Notes: generated by a model not told the origin, from the letters alone. A stretch of 64,000 nucleotides of DNA from Oscillospiraceae bacterium (GCA_015068985.1 SVJL01000003.1:203-64202); one strand, 5' to 3'; positions 18,063 to 27,748 are shown, counted from the first letter of the stretch. Translations and numbers: made by a program.

Positions 18063-19064
18063 TTATTGTTCGTTCCAGATTTCAATAAGCTTCTGAGCAA
18101 TCTGAACAGCGTTTGTTGCTGCACCTTTTCTGATGTTGTCGGCAACAACCCAAAGATTAACGCCGGAATCTACGCTTTCATCTCTTCTGATACGGCCAAC
18201 GTAGGTTTCATTTGTGCCTGCAGCATCGAGAGCAAGAGGATACACGTTGTTTTCGGGATCATCTTTAATGATAATGCCGGGAGCCTTTGCAAGAACTTCT
18301 TTAAGCTCCGCAAGGTCAAAATCGTTATAAAATTCAAGGTTAATGGATTCGCTGTGGCTGTCAAACACAGGTACGCGAACTGTTGTTGCTGTGATTCTGA
18401 TAGAATCGTCACCAAGAATTTTTCTGGTTTCGTTAACCATTTTCATTTCTTCTTTAGTGTAGCCGTTGGGAAGGAATGAATCAATGTGGGGCAAACAGTT
18501 GCCTGCAATGGGGTGGGGGAACTTTTTGGGAGCTTCGCCCTTGAGTCCGTTCTCTAAATCCTGATAACCTGCAAGACCTGCACCCGACACTGCCTGATAT
18601 GTTGAATACACAACTCTCTTGATTTTGTATGCGTCGTGAAGGGGTTTGAGAGCTACCATAGCCTGAATTGTTGAGCAGTTGGGGTTTGCAATTATGCCTT
18701 TGTTCCATTTGATGTCTTCGGGGTTAACCTCGGGCACAACAAGGGGCACTTCAGGATCCATTCTCCATGCACTGGAGTTGTCGATAACAGTAACGCCCTT
18801 TGAAGCAGCAATAGGAGCAAATTTTTCGCTTGTTGAACCGCCGGCAGAAAAGAGTGCAATGTCAATGTCTCTGTCGAATGAATTTTCGGTAAGCTCTTCA
18901 ATAACATATTCCTTACCCATAAATTCGATTTTCTGACCTGCACTGCGGCTTGAAGCCATGAGATAGTAGTTCTCTACCGGAAGCTGCATCTCTTCAAGAA
19001 CCTTAAGGAAAGTTCTTCCAACCATACCTGTGGCACCAACCACAGCAACATTATACTTTTTCAT
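18063..19064 (-). CDS. asd: Aspartate-semialdehyde dehydrogenase
   Basis: VVGATGMVG and the active-site NPNCSTI motif. The ATG at 19064 is preceded by GGAGGT; the track ORF extends to 19127. Confidence 0.9.
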   Translation of the reverse strand: MKKYNVAVVGATGMVGRTFLKVLEEMQLPVENYYLMASSRSAGQKIEFMGKEYVIEELTENSFDRDIDIALFSAGGSTSEKFAPIAASKGVTVIDNSSAWRMDPEVPLVVPEVNPEDIKWNKGIIANPNCSTIQAMVALKPLHDAYKIKRVVYSTYQAVSGAGLAGYQDLENGLKGEAPKKFPHPIAGNCLPHIDSFLPNGYTKEEMKMVNETRKILGDDSIRITATTVRVPVFDSHSESINLEFYNDFDLAELKEVLAKAPGIIIKDDPENNVYPLALDAAGTNETYVGRIRRDESVDSGVNLWVVADNIRKGAATNAVQIAQKLIEIWNEQ

Positions 19065-19106
19065 AATATAACCTCCAAAAAATAATATACAAAGTCTTTG
19101 TTTTGC

Positions 19107-19346
19107 ACAAAAAAACCGGTTTGTCAAAAACCGGGTGTGTACAAAAGATTGGCAAATGCAAGCATTGGCATTTGCTTTTCGATAGCACTCCGCCCGGACG
19201 GGGCGACAGTCATACGGCTATTGACCGCACAACCAGCCATGCCTTTTGCAGCAAAGACACGCTTCGGCACCGTCACCTTTCTCGCAGTTTCTCAAAACTC
19301 TGCCGTTTTCCGCCGTGATACTATTTGAGCGGTGCGCCTCTACCTG
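19107..19346 (-). promoter_or_regulatory. Lysine riboswitch (L-box) with terminator, leader of asd-dapA-dapB
   Basis: The minus strand reads GTAGAGGCGC...AGTA...GGTGACGGTGCCGAAG...ACTGTCGCC...GGAGTGCTATC, matching conserved L-box elements. Hairpin CCGGTTT-TTGAC-AAACCGG plus TTTTTTT follows at about 19107-19135. Confidence 0.8.
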
Positions 19347-19469
19347 ATTTTATTCAGTTGTTACCATAATCATAACATCAACATTAAAATATGTCAATGT
19401 GTATTTTATACATATTTTTATATAAGTCTAAAATTTTTATATAAAATATATGTAAAAAATGCTTTACTC

Positions 19470-19498
19470 TTGAAAAAAATGTCGCTTTCTGTTATAAT
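19470..19498 (+). promoter_or_regulatory. Candidate sigma-A type promoter upstream of the spoIID-like gene
   Basis: TTGAAA (19470-19475), a 17-nt spacer, then TATAAT (19493-19498). Confidence 0.4.
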
Positions 19499-19520
19499 AA
19501 AACAAAAGGAATGATGAAAA

Positions 19521-20879
19521 ATGAAAAAGTTATTTTTGGCAAGCATCTTTGCCATACTCATAACCCTTTCTCTCTCTGCCATAACATCATATGCACTCGA
19601 CCCGAAATATGAAACAATAAAAGTTGGCCTCAGCTATGGTTCTTCTGCCAAAAGTCAGGTCACAGTTTCGTCGGTCGGAGGATTTAACGTTGGCTATATG
19701 AGTGGTTCAACCTTTATTAATGCAGGCTACGGATTTTCGGAAGTGACTCTTAATATTGCTCCGTGCAGCGCAACCTCAATTTATGTTAACGGCACCGCCT
19801 ACGACCTCCCTGCCGATAATTTTGCATTGGCACCCCTTAACGCTCAGGTTAATATCGATGGAACGGTTTATCGCGGTGGAGTGGAGTTTGTTCCCGATGC
19901 AAACGGAAAGCTTACGGTTATTAATTTTGTAAACATCAACGACTACATAGCCGGAGTTGTTGGCAAAGAGATGAGCCCGTCGTGGAACATAGAAGCTCTC
20001 AAGGCTCAGGCAGTCTGTGCCCGTAGCTATGCTATCCGCACATGGAATAAGCATTCATCATATGGCTTTAATCTGTGTTCGACTCAGGATTGTCAGGCAT
20101 ATATGGGAATGTCAGGCGAGACCGATTCAACTGTAAGGGCAGCAGCCGAAACCAGAGACCAGCTTTTAATGTATGGCGGTTCAGTTGCCGAAGCGCTGTA
20201 TTCTTCCTCTTGCGGCGGCTCTACAGCTCATGCACGAAATGTATGGGGCAATGATGTTGCCTACCTTAAGGCAATTCAAGACCCTTATGACCAATATACC
20301 AATAACCCAAGAGCATCCTGGACTGTCACTCTTACAAGAGCCGACATTCAGTCTAAGCTTGCTTCAAAGTCAATCTATATTGGTGACGTGACCGATTTTA
20401 GGGTGACAAGAACCGATGAGTTTGGGAGAACCTGTGAAGTTACAATCTATGGTACGGCAGGCACCCATGTTCTCACCAACGATAAAACACGAAGCTTTTT
20501 TAACCTGTATAGCCAGAACTATACCATAACTCCATCAGGTTCACCATATGAATATGCTCAGGCACAGCAAGCTATGATTGATGTTGTTGCCCGACACTCG
20601 GGCGGCACGTCTCCTGTTGGAACGGCTGTGGCAAAAAGCTCACAAAGTACCGCAGCTTTGGGCGATAATTATTATATCAAAGATTCCCACGGCACAACTC
20701 TTCACACCGCTCCCGTACCTGTGGCACCATCGTATGGATCCGATTCGTATGTCATAAACGGAGCCGGCTGGGGGCATGGTCTCGGTCTTTGTCAGTATGG
20801 TGCAAAAGGTATGGCAGATCAAGGCTTCGACTATGTTTCCATTCTCAAATTCTATTATCCGGGAACAGATGTGAGATAG
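19521..20879 (+). CDS. SpoIID/LytB domain-containing protein
   Basis: Signal peptide, the SpoIID core YIAGVVGKEMSPSWNIEALKAQAVCARSYA, and SSSCGGST. Confidence 0.8.
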   Translation: MKKLFLASIFAILITLSLSAITSYALDPKYETIKVGLSYGSSAKSQVTVSSVGGFNVGYMSGSTFINAGYGFSEVTLNIAPCSATSIYVNGTAYDLPADNFALAPLNAQVNIDGTVYRGGVEFVPDANGKLTVINFVNINDYIAGVVGKEMSPSWNIEALKAQAVCARSYAIRTWNKHSSYGFNLCSTQDCQAYMGMSGETDSTVRAAAETRDQLLMYGGSVAEALYSSSCGGSTAHARNVWGNDVAYLKAIQDPYDQYTNNPRASWTVTLTRADIQSKLASKSIYIGDVTDFRVTRTDEFGRTCEVTIYGTAGTHVLTNDKTRSFFNLYSQNYTITPSGSPYEYAQAQQAMIDVVARHSGGTSPVGTAVAKSSQSTAALGDNYYIKDSHGTTLHTAPVPVAPSYGSDSYVINGAGWGHGLGLCQYGAKGMADQGFDYVSILKFYYPGTDVR

Positions 20880-21007
20880 CCTGACAGTAGCTATCCGAAC
20901 CTGATTTTGAAACGGAAGACGAAGGAAGGCTGACGCTTTTCGAGGATGACAAGGCAAAAGATTCCGAAAACACTGTTTTTCAGGTGGTGTCGGATAACTG
21001 CTGTCAG
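20880..21007. repeat. Long imperfect inverted repeat (rod-like hairpin) between the spoIID-like gene and queA
   Basis: CTGACAGTAGCTATCCGA..CCTGA (20881-20904) pairs with TCAGG..TCGGATAACTGCTGTCAG (20980-21007). That gives about 18 bp with one wobble and one mismatch, then 5 more bp. The ~75-nt interior is purine-rich with nested CGGAA/TTCCG pairing. Confidence 0.6.
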
Positions 21008-21041
21008 ACTAAACATCAGTGAAAGGTAAGGTAACATATCA

Positions 21042-22067
21042 TTGAAAACAAGTGATTTTTTTTATGAATTGCCCCCTGAGCTTATAGCTCAGACGCCTCT
21101 TTCCGACAGAGCCTCGTCAAGGCTTCTGGTTCTCGGTAAAGATGACGGCACTATAGACCATAAGCATTTTTATAACATAAAAGAATATCTTTCTCCCGGC
21201 GATTGCCTTGTGCTCAACAACACAAGGGTTTTGCCTGCCCGTCTCATTGGCGAAAAGGTAGGCACCGGCGCAAGGGTTGAGTTTTTGCTCCTCACACGAA
21301 AATCTGAGCGTGAGTGGGAGGTAATATTAAAACCCGGCAAAAAGTGCAAGCCGGGCGTTAAAGTTTCGTTTGGCGGCGGAAAGCTCGTTGCCGAAATAAA
21401 AGAAACAGTGAACGACGGCAACCGCATAGTAAGCTTTGAATATGACGGACTTTTTGAAAATGTGCTTGATGAGCTTGGCGAAATGCCTCTTCCGCCCTAT
21501 ATTACCGAAAAGCTTGCCGACCGTGACCGCTATCAGACAGTGTATTCAAAGCATACCGGCTCTGCTGCTGCACCCACCGCAGGGTTGCATTTTACCAAAG
21601 AGCTTTTGGCAGAAATCGAAAGCATGGGAGTGCACGTTGCCTATGTGACTTTGCACGTTGGTCTTGGCACCTTCAGACCGGTTAAGGTAGATGATGTTGA
21701 AAACCACAAAATGCATTCGGAGTTCTATACCATAAGCGGTGAAACTGCAAACAAAATTAACTCTGCTAAGCAAAATGGCGGCAAAATTATCTCTGTTGGC
21801 ACAACGTCAACCCGAGTGTTGGAAACCGTTGCCGATTCAAATGGTGTTCTTTCTGAGGCGAGTGGCTGGACCGACATTTTCATCTATCCGCCCTATAAGT
21901 TCAAATGTGTTGACAAGCTGATAACCAATTTCCATTTGCCCGAATCAACACTGCTTATGCTTGTAAGTGCTTTTTCATCAAAAGAAATAATTATGAAAGC
22001 TTATGAAGAAGCTGTTAAAGAAAAATATCGATTTTTCAGCTTTGGCGATGCAATGTTTATCGGATAA
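21042..22067 (+). CDS. queA: S-adenosylmethionine:tRNA ribosyltransferase-isomerase
   Basis: [17 protein letters not shown]-terminus plus the PLPPYI and GTTS.R motifs. The start codon is TTG. Confidence 0.9.
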   Translation: MKTSDFFYELPPELIAQTPLSDRASSRLLVLGKDDGTIDHKHFYNIKEYLSPGDCLVLNNTRVLPARLIGEKVGTGARVEFLLLTRKSEREWEVILKPGKKCKPGVKVSFGGGKLVAEIKETVNDGNRIVSFEYDGLFENVLDELGEMPLPPYITEKLADRDRYQTVYSKHTGSAAAPTAGLHFTKELLAEIESMGVHVAYVTLHVGLGTFRPVKVDDVENHKMHSEFYTISGETANKINSAKQNGGKIISVGTTSTRVLETVADSNGVLSEASGWTDIFIYPPYKFKCVDKLITNFHLPESTLLMLVSAFSSKEIIMKAYEEAVKEKYRFFSFGDAMFIG

Positions 22068-22160
22068 AAAAGCAGGCTGAGCCTGCACCCATGTCACGAG
22101 CCAAATATAGTTAGCATTTGTTCTCGCGAACTAAATTCAGCGTAAATTCCTATACAGTAC

Positions 22161-22200
22161 AAAAAACATCTGCAGCAAAATTTTTGCTGCAGATGTTTTT
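22161..22200. terminator. Bidirectional intrinsic terminator between queA and the MATE gene
   Basis: AAAAAACATCTGCAGCAAAA / TTTTTGCTGCAGATGTTTTT. Confidence 0.8.
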
Positions 22201-22204
22201 GTTT

Positions 22205-23548
22205 TTATATTTCATTGTTTTTTAAATTCTTTTTCCACACACCGGTAAAATAAGTGAAGAGGCAAAACATTGCTTCAATTATCCACGACACCACCCAGCC
22301 GCCGTATACTCCGTAAATACCAAAAAACCTTGAAAGCACAATGCTTGCGACAATTCTTGCAACAGAGCCGATAGTTGTTGATATCACCAGCAGATTCATA
22401 CACTTTACTCCACGGTAAAAAGCGTGAAACAGGTTGTTTATTACGTTAAACAATATAAGCGGCAAAAAATATTTTGCAAAGTCAACCGAAAAAGTGAGTC
22501 CGTCTCCCGTGTAGCCTTTTGAGAAAAACAGAGCACAAATATCATTTGCAAAAATACTGCACACCAGAAGAAGCGGAAGCAAAAATGCTATTCCCTGAAT
22601 GAGGGCAACACCAACGCCTTTTTTTATTTTGTCATATTTTTTTGCTCCAATGCATTGAGCAGTGTAGGTTGTGAGGGTTTTTGCCGAATTCTGATACACA
22701 TTTGCATTAATCTCATACAATCGGTGTACAACGGTATATGCTGCCGTGGCGGCGGCTCCCAGACCGTTTATGAGGGGAGAAATCAAAAATGATGCCACAT
22801 ACATCACGGTTTGTTGTATCATCGGGGGCAACGAAAACGAAAATGTTCTTCTTATTGCAGTTTTGCTGAACCGCACACTGCCGGTTTCGAGAGCCATTTT
22901 TTTGAAGCATTGTCTGATTTTTATAAAATAGAACACATCAACCACAATGCCTGCAAACACAGACGATGCCGCAAGTCCTGCCACACCGGCGTTGAGCACA
23001 GTAACACTTATCAGGTTGCCGGCAAGGTTAAGGGTGGTAGAAACAAGCGACATTGCAAAGCAAAATCCGCTTATGCCAAGGGCGTTGAGTGTCGAGATGC
23101 CAAAGTGATTGAGAAGAATCATCACAATGCCCGAAAGGTATATGGTGTAGTATATGCCGGCATCATCACGAATTGAGTTGTCAACCTTCATAAAGTCGAA
23201 CACCTGATTCTGAAAAGCTATGAGGATTACTGCAATTGCAATGATTGTGCCGGTATAGAGCACAAAATTGCTGTAAAGCGATGACTTCAGGTTTTCATAG
23301 TCTTTTGCACCAAACAGCATAGCAATATACACCGAGGTTCCGGTGGCAAATCCCCAAAAAAGAGAAGAAATGAGCTGAATGCACGATGACGTCGCACCAA
23401 TAGCCGCAATTCCGTCTGCTCCCAGATATCTGCCTGCAATAATTGTGTCTATTATCTGATATGCCTGAGTCAGGAATCCCGACAGCACAAGAGGTATGGC
23501 AAATACAAGGAATGTTTTGTATATGTTGTCTTTTGTCAAATCTTTCAT
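22205..23548 (-). CDS. MATE family efflux transporter
   Basis: 447 aa with a 12-TM-like profile and a typical MATE N-terminus (FAIPLVLSGFLTQAYQIIDTIIAGRYLG). Confidence 0.85.
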   Translation of the reverse strand: MKDLTKDNIYKTFLVFAIPLVLSGFLTQAYQIIDTIIAGRYLGADGIAAIGATSSCIQLISSLFWGFATGTSVYIAMLFGAKDYENLKSSLYSNFVLYTGTIIAIAVILIAFQNQVFDFMKVDNSIRDDAGIYYTIYLSGIVMILLNHFGISTLNALGISGFCFAMSLVSTTLNLAGNLISVTVLNAGVAGLAASSVFAGIVVDVFYFIKIRQCFKKMALETGSVRFSKTAIRRTFSFSLPPMIQQTVMYVASFLISPLINGLGAAATAAYTVVHRLYEINANVYQNSAKTLTTYTAQCIGAKKYDKIKKGVGVALIQGIAFLLPLLLVCSIFANDICALFFSKGYTGDGLTFSVDFAKYFLPLILFNVINNLFHAFYRGVKCMNLLVISTTIGSVARIVASIVLSRFFGIYGVYGGWVVSWIIEAMFCLFTYFTGVWKKNLKNNEI

Positions 23549-23681
23549 AGAAATTCTCCATACACTTGAAATTATTTCTGCTTTGTTTTATAATACCACA
23601 TATATTGAATTTTTCAAGTATGTTCAAAATATTGCGAAATTCTCATATATTCTCAAACAGGTTTAGGAAAGGAACTACACG

Positions 23682-24431
23682 ATGTATCAAAAAGAAAGAA
23701 TAGATAATATTATCAAAATATTAAAACAATACGGGTATGTGACGGTTAAGTTTTTGACCGATGAGCTTCACTACAGCACCGCCACCATTAATCGTGACCT
23801 CAATCTGATGCAAAAGCAAAAGCTTATAAACCGCAGTTATGGTGGTGTGGAGCTTGTCAAACAAAAGAGTGTGGCTCTTCCTTTTCGTTATCACAAAATG
23901 AAAGCTGTCAAAAATATAATGGGCAAAATGGCTGCTGACCTTGTGAACGATGGTGACAATATTTTTATAGACGGAAGCACCACCACCGAATATATGGCAA
24001 GGCATCTCACAGACAAAAAGAATATTACAGTTATCACAAACAATGTTGCCATTGTTTCGTATCTGAGCCAATACGGAATAAACGTTATATGTCTGGGTGG
24101 CAAAATTACAGAACCTCCTGCCATGCTTGGCGGCTCCGATACTGTCGAGGCGACAATGAAATATAATGCCGACAAAATGTTTTTTTCTACTGCCTCCATA
24201 ACCTCCGACGGAATTATCGGCGATTGTGAGATGTATTATCTGGTTCACAAAATGATGGCGAAAAACTCAAAAAAGGTCTATTATATGGTCGACCACGAAA
24301 AGGTTGACGTTCAGAGCGGATTCAATGGCTTCACTCTTGATGATATTGACGGCGTAATCACTGATTATACGTTTTCGGATGAGGTTAAAGCAAAATACAA
24401 AAGCATCAGGTTTATTGAAGCAAGCCGATAG
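23682..24431 (+). CDS. DeoR/GlpR family transcriptional regulator
   Basis: HTH (ERIDNIIKILKQYGYVTVKFLTDELHYSTATINRDL) followed by a DeoR C-terminal domain. Confidence 0.85.
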   Translation: MYQKERIDNIIKILKQYGYVTVKFLTDELHYSTATINRDLNLMQKQKLINRSYGGVELVKQKSVALPFRYHKMKAVKNIMGKMAADLVNDGDNIFIDGSTTTEYMARHLTDKKNITVITNNVAIVSYLSQYGINVICLGGKITEPPAMLGGSDTVEATMKYNADKMFFSTASITSDGIIGDCEMYYLVHKMMAKNSKKVYYMVDHEKVDVQSGFNGFTLDDIDGVITDYTFSDEVKAKYKSIRFIEASR

Positions 24432-24517
24432 ATAAAGTGCCTTATATTTTTTTCACAAAACATAACGTACTAACACTGCCATATAATATGAAACTCTACA
24501 GTATTAAAAAATTTTTA

Positions 24518-24546
24518 TTGATTTTTTTGCCAATTTGTTGTATTAT
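24518..24546 (+). promoter_or_regulatory. Candidate promoter upstream of the purC-like gene
   Basis: TTGATT (24518-24523), a 17-nt spacer, then TATTAT (24541-24546). Confidence 0.35.
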
Positions 24547-24606
24547 TATTTGGTAAAAAATGTTTGGCTAATAATACCAATACTAGTGAAAGAAGGAGCT
24601 AAGATT

Positions 24607-25290
24607 ATGAAAAAGATTTACGAAGGTAAAACAAAAGATGTGTATAGCCTTGATAATGGCAACGTGATGCTCAAATTCAAAGATGACTGCACAGGCAAGG
24701 ACGGGGTTTTTGATCCTGGTGAAAATAGCGTTGGTCTTAAGATTGAGGGTATAGGTAAAGCTAACCTGAGAACCTCTGTATACTACTTTGACCTCCTCAA
24801 AGAAGCAGGCATTAAAACTCACTACGTTGGTGCAAATGTTGATGAAGCAACAATGGAGGTTCTTCCCGGTAAGGTGTTTGGTCACGGGCTTGAGGTTATT
24901 TGCCGCCTTGTTGCAACAGGCAGCTTTATCCGCAGATACGGCGAATACATTCAGGACGGCACTGTTCTCGATGGCGGTTATGTTGAATGCACATTCAAAA
25001 ATGATGCTCTCGGCGACCCGCTTGTTACAGGCGAAGGTCTTGCAGCTCTTGGCATAATGACTCCCGAAATGTTTGAAAGCATGAAAGATCAGACACTCAA
25101 AATCACCAAAATAGTTGCAGACGACCTTAAATCAATTGGTCTTGATCTTTGGGATATCAAGTTTGAATTTGGCTACAACAACAACGAGGTTATTCTTATA
25201 GACGAGATTGCTTCCGGCAATATGCGTGTGTATAAAGACGGTAAAATTGTTGATCCCGTTGAACTTACAAAACTTATTTTAAACAGATAA
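24607..25290 (+). CDS. purC: SAICAR synthetase family protein (divergent PurC)
   Basis: [13 protein letters not shown]...KFKDD.TG...THYV fits the PurC pattern. The ATG at 24607 follows GAAGGAG. The substrate-loop region is divergent. Confidence 0.7.
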   Translation: MKKIYEGKTKDVYSLDNGNVMLKFKDDCTGKDGVFDPGENSVGLKIEGIGKANLRTSVYYFDLLKEAGIKTHYVGANVDEATMEVLPGKVFGHGLEVICRLVATGSFIRRYGEYIQDGTVLDGGYVECTFKNDALGDPLVTGEGLAALGIMTPEMFESMKDQTLKITKIVADDLKSIGLDLWDIKFEFGYNNNEVILIDEIASGNMRVYKDGKIVDPVELTKLILNR

Positions 25291-25307
25291 TTTTTAAAAT
25301 TTTAATT

Positions 25308-25497
25308 AGGCTGTCTTTTTAATCAAACAATGTTCATAACAATTCATTTTGTAGGGGCGGATGCACCCCAAGGGCACTTCTGCGCTACGCTTAGGCGCCC
25401 ACATCCGCCCGGGAATTTTTGCTTTCCGGTCGATGAGGGCATCGACCCCTACATTTTTGAATTTTTATACATTTGCAAGTGTTTAAAAAGGCAGCCT
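25308..25497. repeat. Long-range inverted repeat enclosing a GC-rich palindromic element
   Basis: The outer arms are AGGCTGTCTTTTTAA (25308-25322) and TTAAAAAGGCAGCCT (25483-25497), giving 15 bp with one G-U. The inner element (25350-25453) is bounded by TGTAGGGGCGGATGC and GCATCGACCCCTACA. It contains hairpins GGGCGGATG/CATCCGCCC and GGTCGATG-AGGG-CATCGACC. Confidence 0.65.
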
Positions 25498-25534
25498 TAT
25501 TTCCAATAATTTGATTTTTCATAGGTGTATCAGT

Positions 25535-26575
25535 ATGTGTAACATTGCAGGCTATGCGGGCGAAAAGAGAGCCGCACCAATTCTTATTGAAATGATAAAA
25601 CGTCAGCAATATTTTGATGGCGGTCTCTCCACAGGCATTGCCACCATACATAACGGCAAGCTATACAGTGCCAAAATCCTTGGCGATGCAGACGACCTTA
25701 TCCAAAAAACAGATGCCTTGAGTCTCCCCGGCACAATAGGCATTATTCATTCCCGACCTGATAATGATTTTATTCAGAACGCTCATCCCTTTTTGTGTGA
25801 AAACAAGCAAACCGCCATTGTTGAAAACGGCAATGCCTGCAAGGATGAAGCTGTTTTAAGTGAGAGAAGCAGAGTTGTTAATCTTTTGCTTGATAATGGT
25901 TTTGTGTTTGACTCGGCAGTTGTTAAAGAAAAAAGCACAAATCCTCAGCTGAACGATGGACGATATGTTTCATATGATGAGGTTTATGCAAAATATATTG
26001 AATATTTAAGAAAAGAAAACTCTCTGACTTACCCTCGGGCAATGGCAAAGGCATCGAGTGATCTTTTTTCAGATTCGGTTTACCTGATGCTCAGTGCCAA
26101 TTCTCCGGATAATATATACGTCAGCCGAATGACAAGGCCAATGAACATTATGAAGGCAGACGGCGAGTGCTATATTTCCACCTCACAGATGGCTTTTCCT
26201 GAGCTTGATAATGCTGAATACATCAAAACCCTGCCTCATATGAAAATATGTGTTGTCACAAAAGATGGCTATGCCGAAACCGATAATATGATAACAACCG
26301 GTACCGTTACCGACTATATACCCGAAGAATTTGCAGACATTAAAGAAGCCCTGAGGCGAAAACTGCAAAAAGCTCCTTCGTCAATGGACGGAATGGGCGG
26401 CGGTATCACTGTTTCCAATGTTTCGCCCCATAACTTCAGACCTCACGTTAAGGTTATATACGATGCATTATGGGAGCTTCACAAAGAGGGTGTACTTAAA
26501 ACGGAAATCCGCACTTCGAGCCTTTCATGGCTTCCGGAGAGCATAAAAGTTAAAAGAACTTTTTTCAGTGTGTAA
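25535..26575 (+). CDS. Class-II (Ntn) glutamine amidotransferase domain protein, function unknown
   Basis: It starts MCNIAGYAG, with Cys2 as in the MCGI of GlmS/PurF. There is no recognisable SIS or PRT synthase domain, and the C-terminal ~120 aa are unassigned. The ATG at 25535 follows AGGTG. Confidence 0.6.
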   Translation: MCNIAGYAGEKRAAPILIEMIKRQQYFDGGLSTGIATIHNGKLYSAKILGDADDLIQKTDALSLPGTIGIIHSRPDNDFIQNAHPFLCENKQTAIVENGNACKDEAVLSERSRVVNLLLDNGFVFDSAVVKEKSTNPQLNDGRYVSYDEVYAKYIEYLRKENSLTYPRAMAKASSDLFSDSVYLMLSANSPDNIYVSRMTRPMNIMKADGECYISTSQMAFPELDNAEYIKTLPHMKICVVTKDGYAETDNMITTGTVTDYIPEEFADIKEALRRKLQKAPSSMDGMGGGITVSNVSPHNFRPHVKVIYDALWELHKEGVLKTEIRTSSLSWLPESIKVKRTFFSV

Positions 26576-26619
26576 TATTTTAAGAATTAATCCAATTCTA
26601 AAAAGAATGGAGCAACGCT

Positions 26620-27501
26620 ATGAAAATTATAGATTTGTTAAAACAAAACACTCCGTCACTATCTTTCGAGGTGTTTCCTCCAAAAACTGAAACCACCTTT
26701 GAAAGCGTAAAGATTGCAACCGAAGAAATTGCAAAGCTTAAACCGTCGTTTATGAGCGTGACCTACGGTGCAGGCGGAGGCACAAGCAAATATACTCTCA
26801 ACATTGCCAAAAACATCAAAGAGCTTTATGGTGTGCCCACTCTGGCTCACCTTACCTGTGTTTCTTCAACAAAAGAAACAGTACGCCAAAAAATAGCCGA
26901 CATACGTGAAGCAGGCATTCAGAACGTTATGGCACTTCGGGGCGACATTCCTGACCATATGGCAGATGATGACCGCACAAAATGGGACTATCACTACGCG
27001 GTTGATTTGATACGTGAGCTTAAAGAAGCCGATGCTAATTTTTGCATCGGCGGTGCGTGCTATCCCGAAATTCACCCCGAAAGTACCACCCAGAGTGACG
27101 ACATAAAAAGACTCAAAGAAAAGGTTGATGCAGGGTGCGACTTTTTAACCACTCAGATGTTTTTCGATAATAATCTGCTCTATAATTTTCTCTACAAAAT
27201 CCGCGAAGCCGGAATAACTGTTCCCGTAATTCCCGGCATTATGCCCATAACAAATGCCAATCAGGTTGAACGTGCCATAAAGCTCTCCGGCTCATTTATG
27301 CCTCAGCGGTTCAAAAGCCTTGTAGACAAATTTGGCTCAAACCCTGCCGCAATGAAGCAAGCCGGCATTGCCTATGCCACCGACCAGATAATCGACCTCT
27401 ATGCCAACAACATCACCAATGTTCATGTTTATTCTATGAACAAGCCTGATGTTGCACAAAAAATTCAGGATAACCTTTCTGATATTCTTTTATCAGACTG
27501 A
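26620..27501 (+). CDS. metF: Methylenetetrahydrofolate reductase
   Basis: The motifs SFEVFPPKT, VTYGAGGGT and ALRGD are present. Confidence 0.9.
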   Translation: MKIIDLLKQNTPSLSFEVFPPKTETTFESVKIATEEIAKLKPSFMSVTYGAGGGTSKYTLNIAKNIKELYGVPTLAHLTCVSSTKETVRQKIADIREAGIQNVMALRGDIPDHMADDDRTKWDYHYAVDLIRELKEADANFCIGGACYPEIHPESTTQSDDIKRLKEKVDAGCDFLTTQMFFDNNLLYNFLYKIREAGITVPVIPGIMPITNANQVERAIKLSGSFMPQRFKSLVDKFGSNPAAMKQAGIAYATDQIIDLYANNITNVHVYSMNKPDVAQKIQDNLSDILLSD

Positions 27502-27510
27502 ATAATTTAT

Positions 27511-27683
27511 GGCAAATGTTGTAAGGCAAATTATATCATCTAATATAAAGGCTGTGTATTTTTCTCCGTTAGGGCTTCGGAATGGCTCGCGTCGCTACGC
27601 ACATTCCTGCAGAGTCACTGCGAAAAACACACAGCCTTTGTCTTGGTAGGTTAAATTGTGAAAATTACCTTACAACATCTGCC
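27511..27683. repeat. Nested inverted repeats between metF and gpr
   Basis: The outer arms are GGCAAATGTTGTAAGG (27511-27526) and CCTTACAACATCTGCC (27668-27683), 15/16. The inner arms are GGCTGTGTATTTTTC (27550-27564) and GAAAAACACACAGCC (27622-27636), 14/15. The 57-nt GC-rich interior holds GGAATG/CATTCC pairing. Confidence 0.6.
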
Positions 27684-27748
27684 TGAAAAAGAATATTTCC
27701 CCGGAAATTTGCACACAATAAACATAAATTTTTCGGGGGATGATATTA

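Noticed and set aside
24432-24606. Riboswitch or leader RNAs upstream of other biosynthetic genes: a purine riboswitch before purC, a T-box before trpS, and SAM or T-box leaders before metF and cysK.
   Set aside because: No conserved cores were visible (purine riboswitch junction, T-box specifier and AGAGA-type boxes, S-box). trpS and metF have almost no upstream spacer, and cysK has only a plain consensus promoter.
25391-25651. The 86-aa minus-strand ORF ending ...CRGRCPHRPESKNSRADVGA.
   Set aside because: It is generated by the GC-rich palindromic repeat element and overlaps the start of the amidotransferase-like gene, so it is a spurious repeat-derived ORF.
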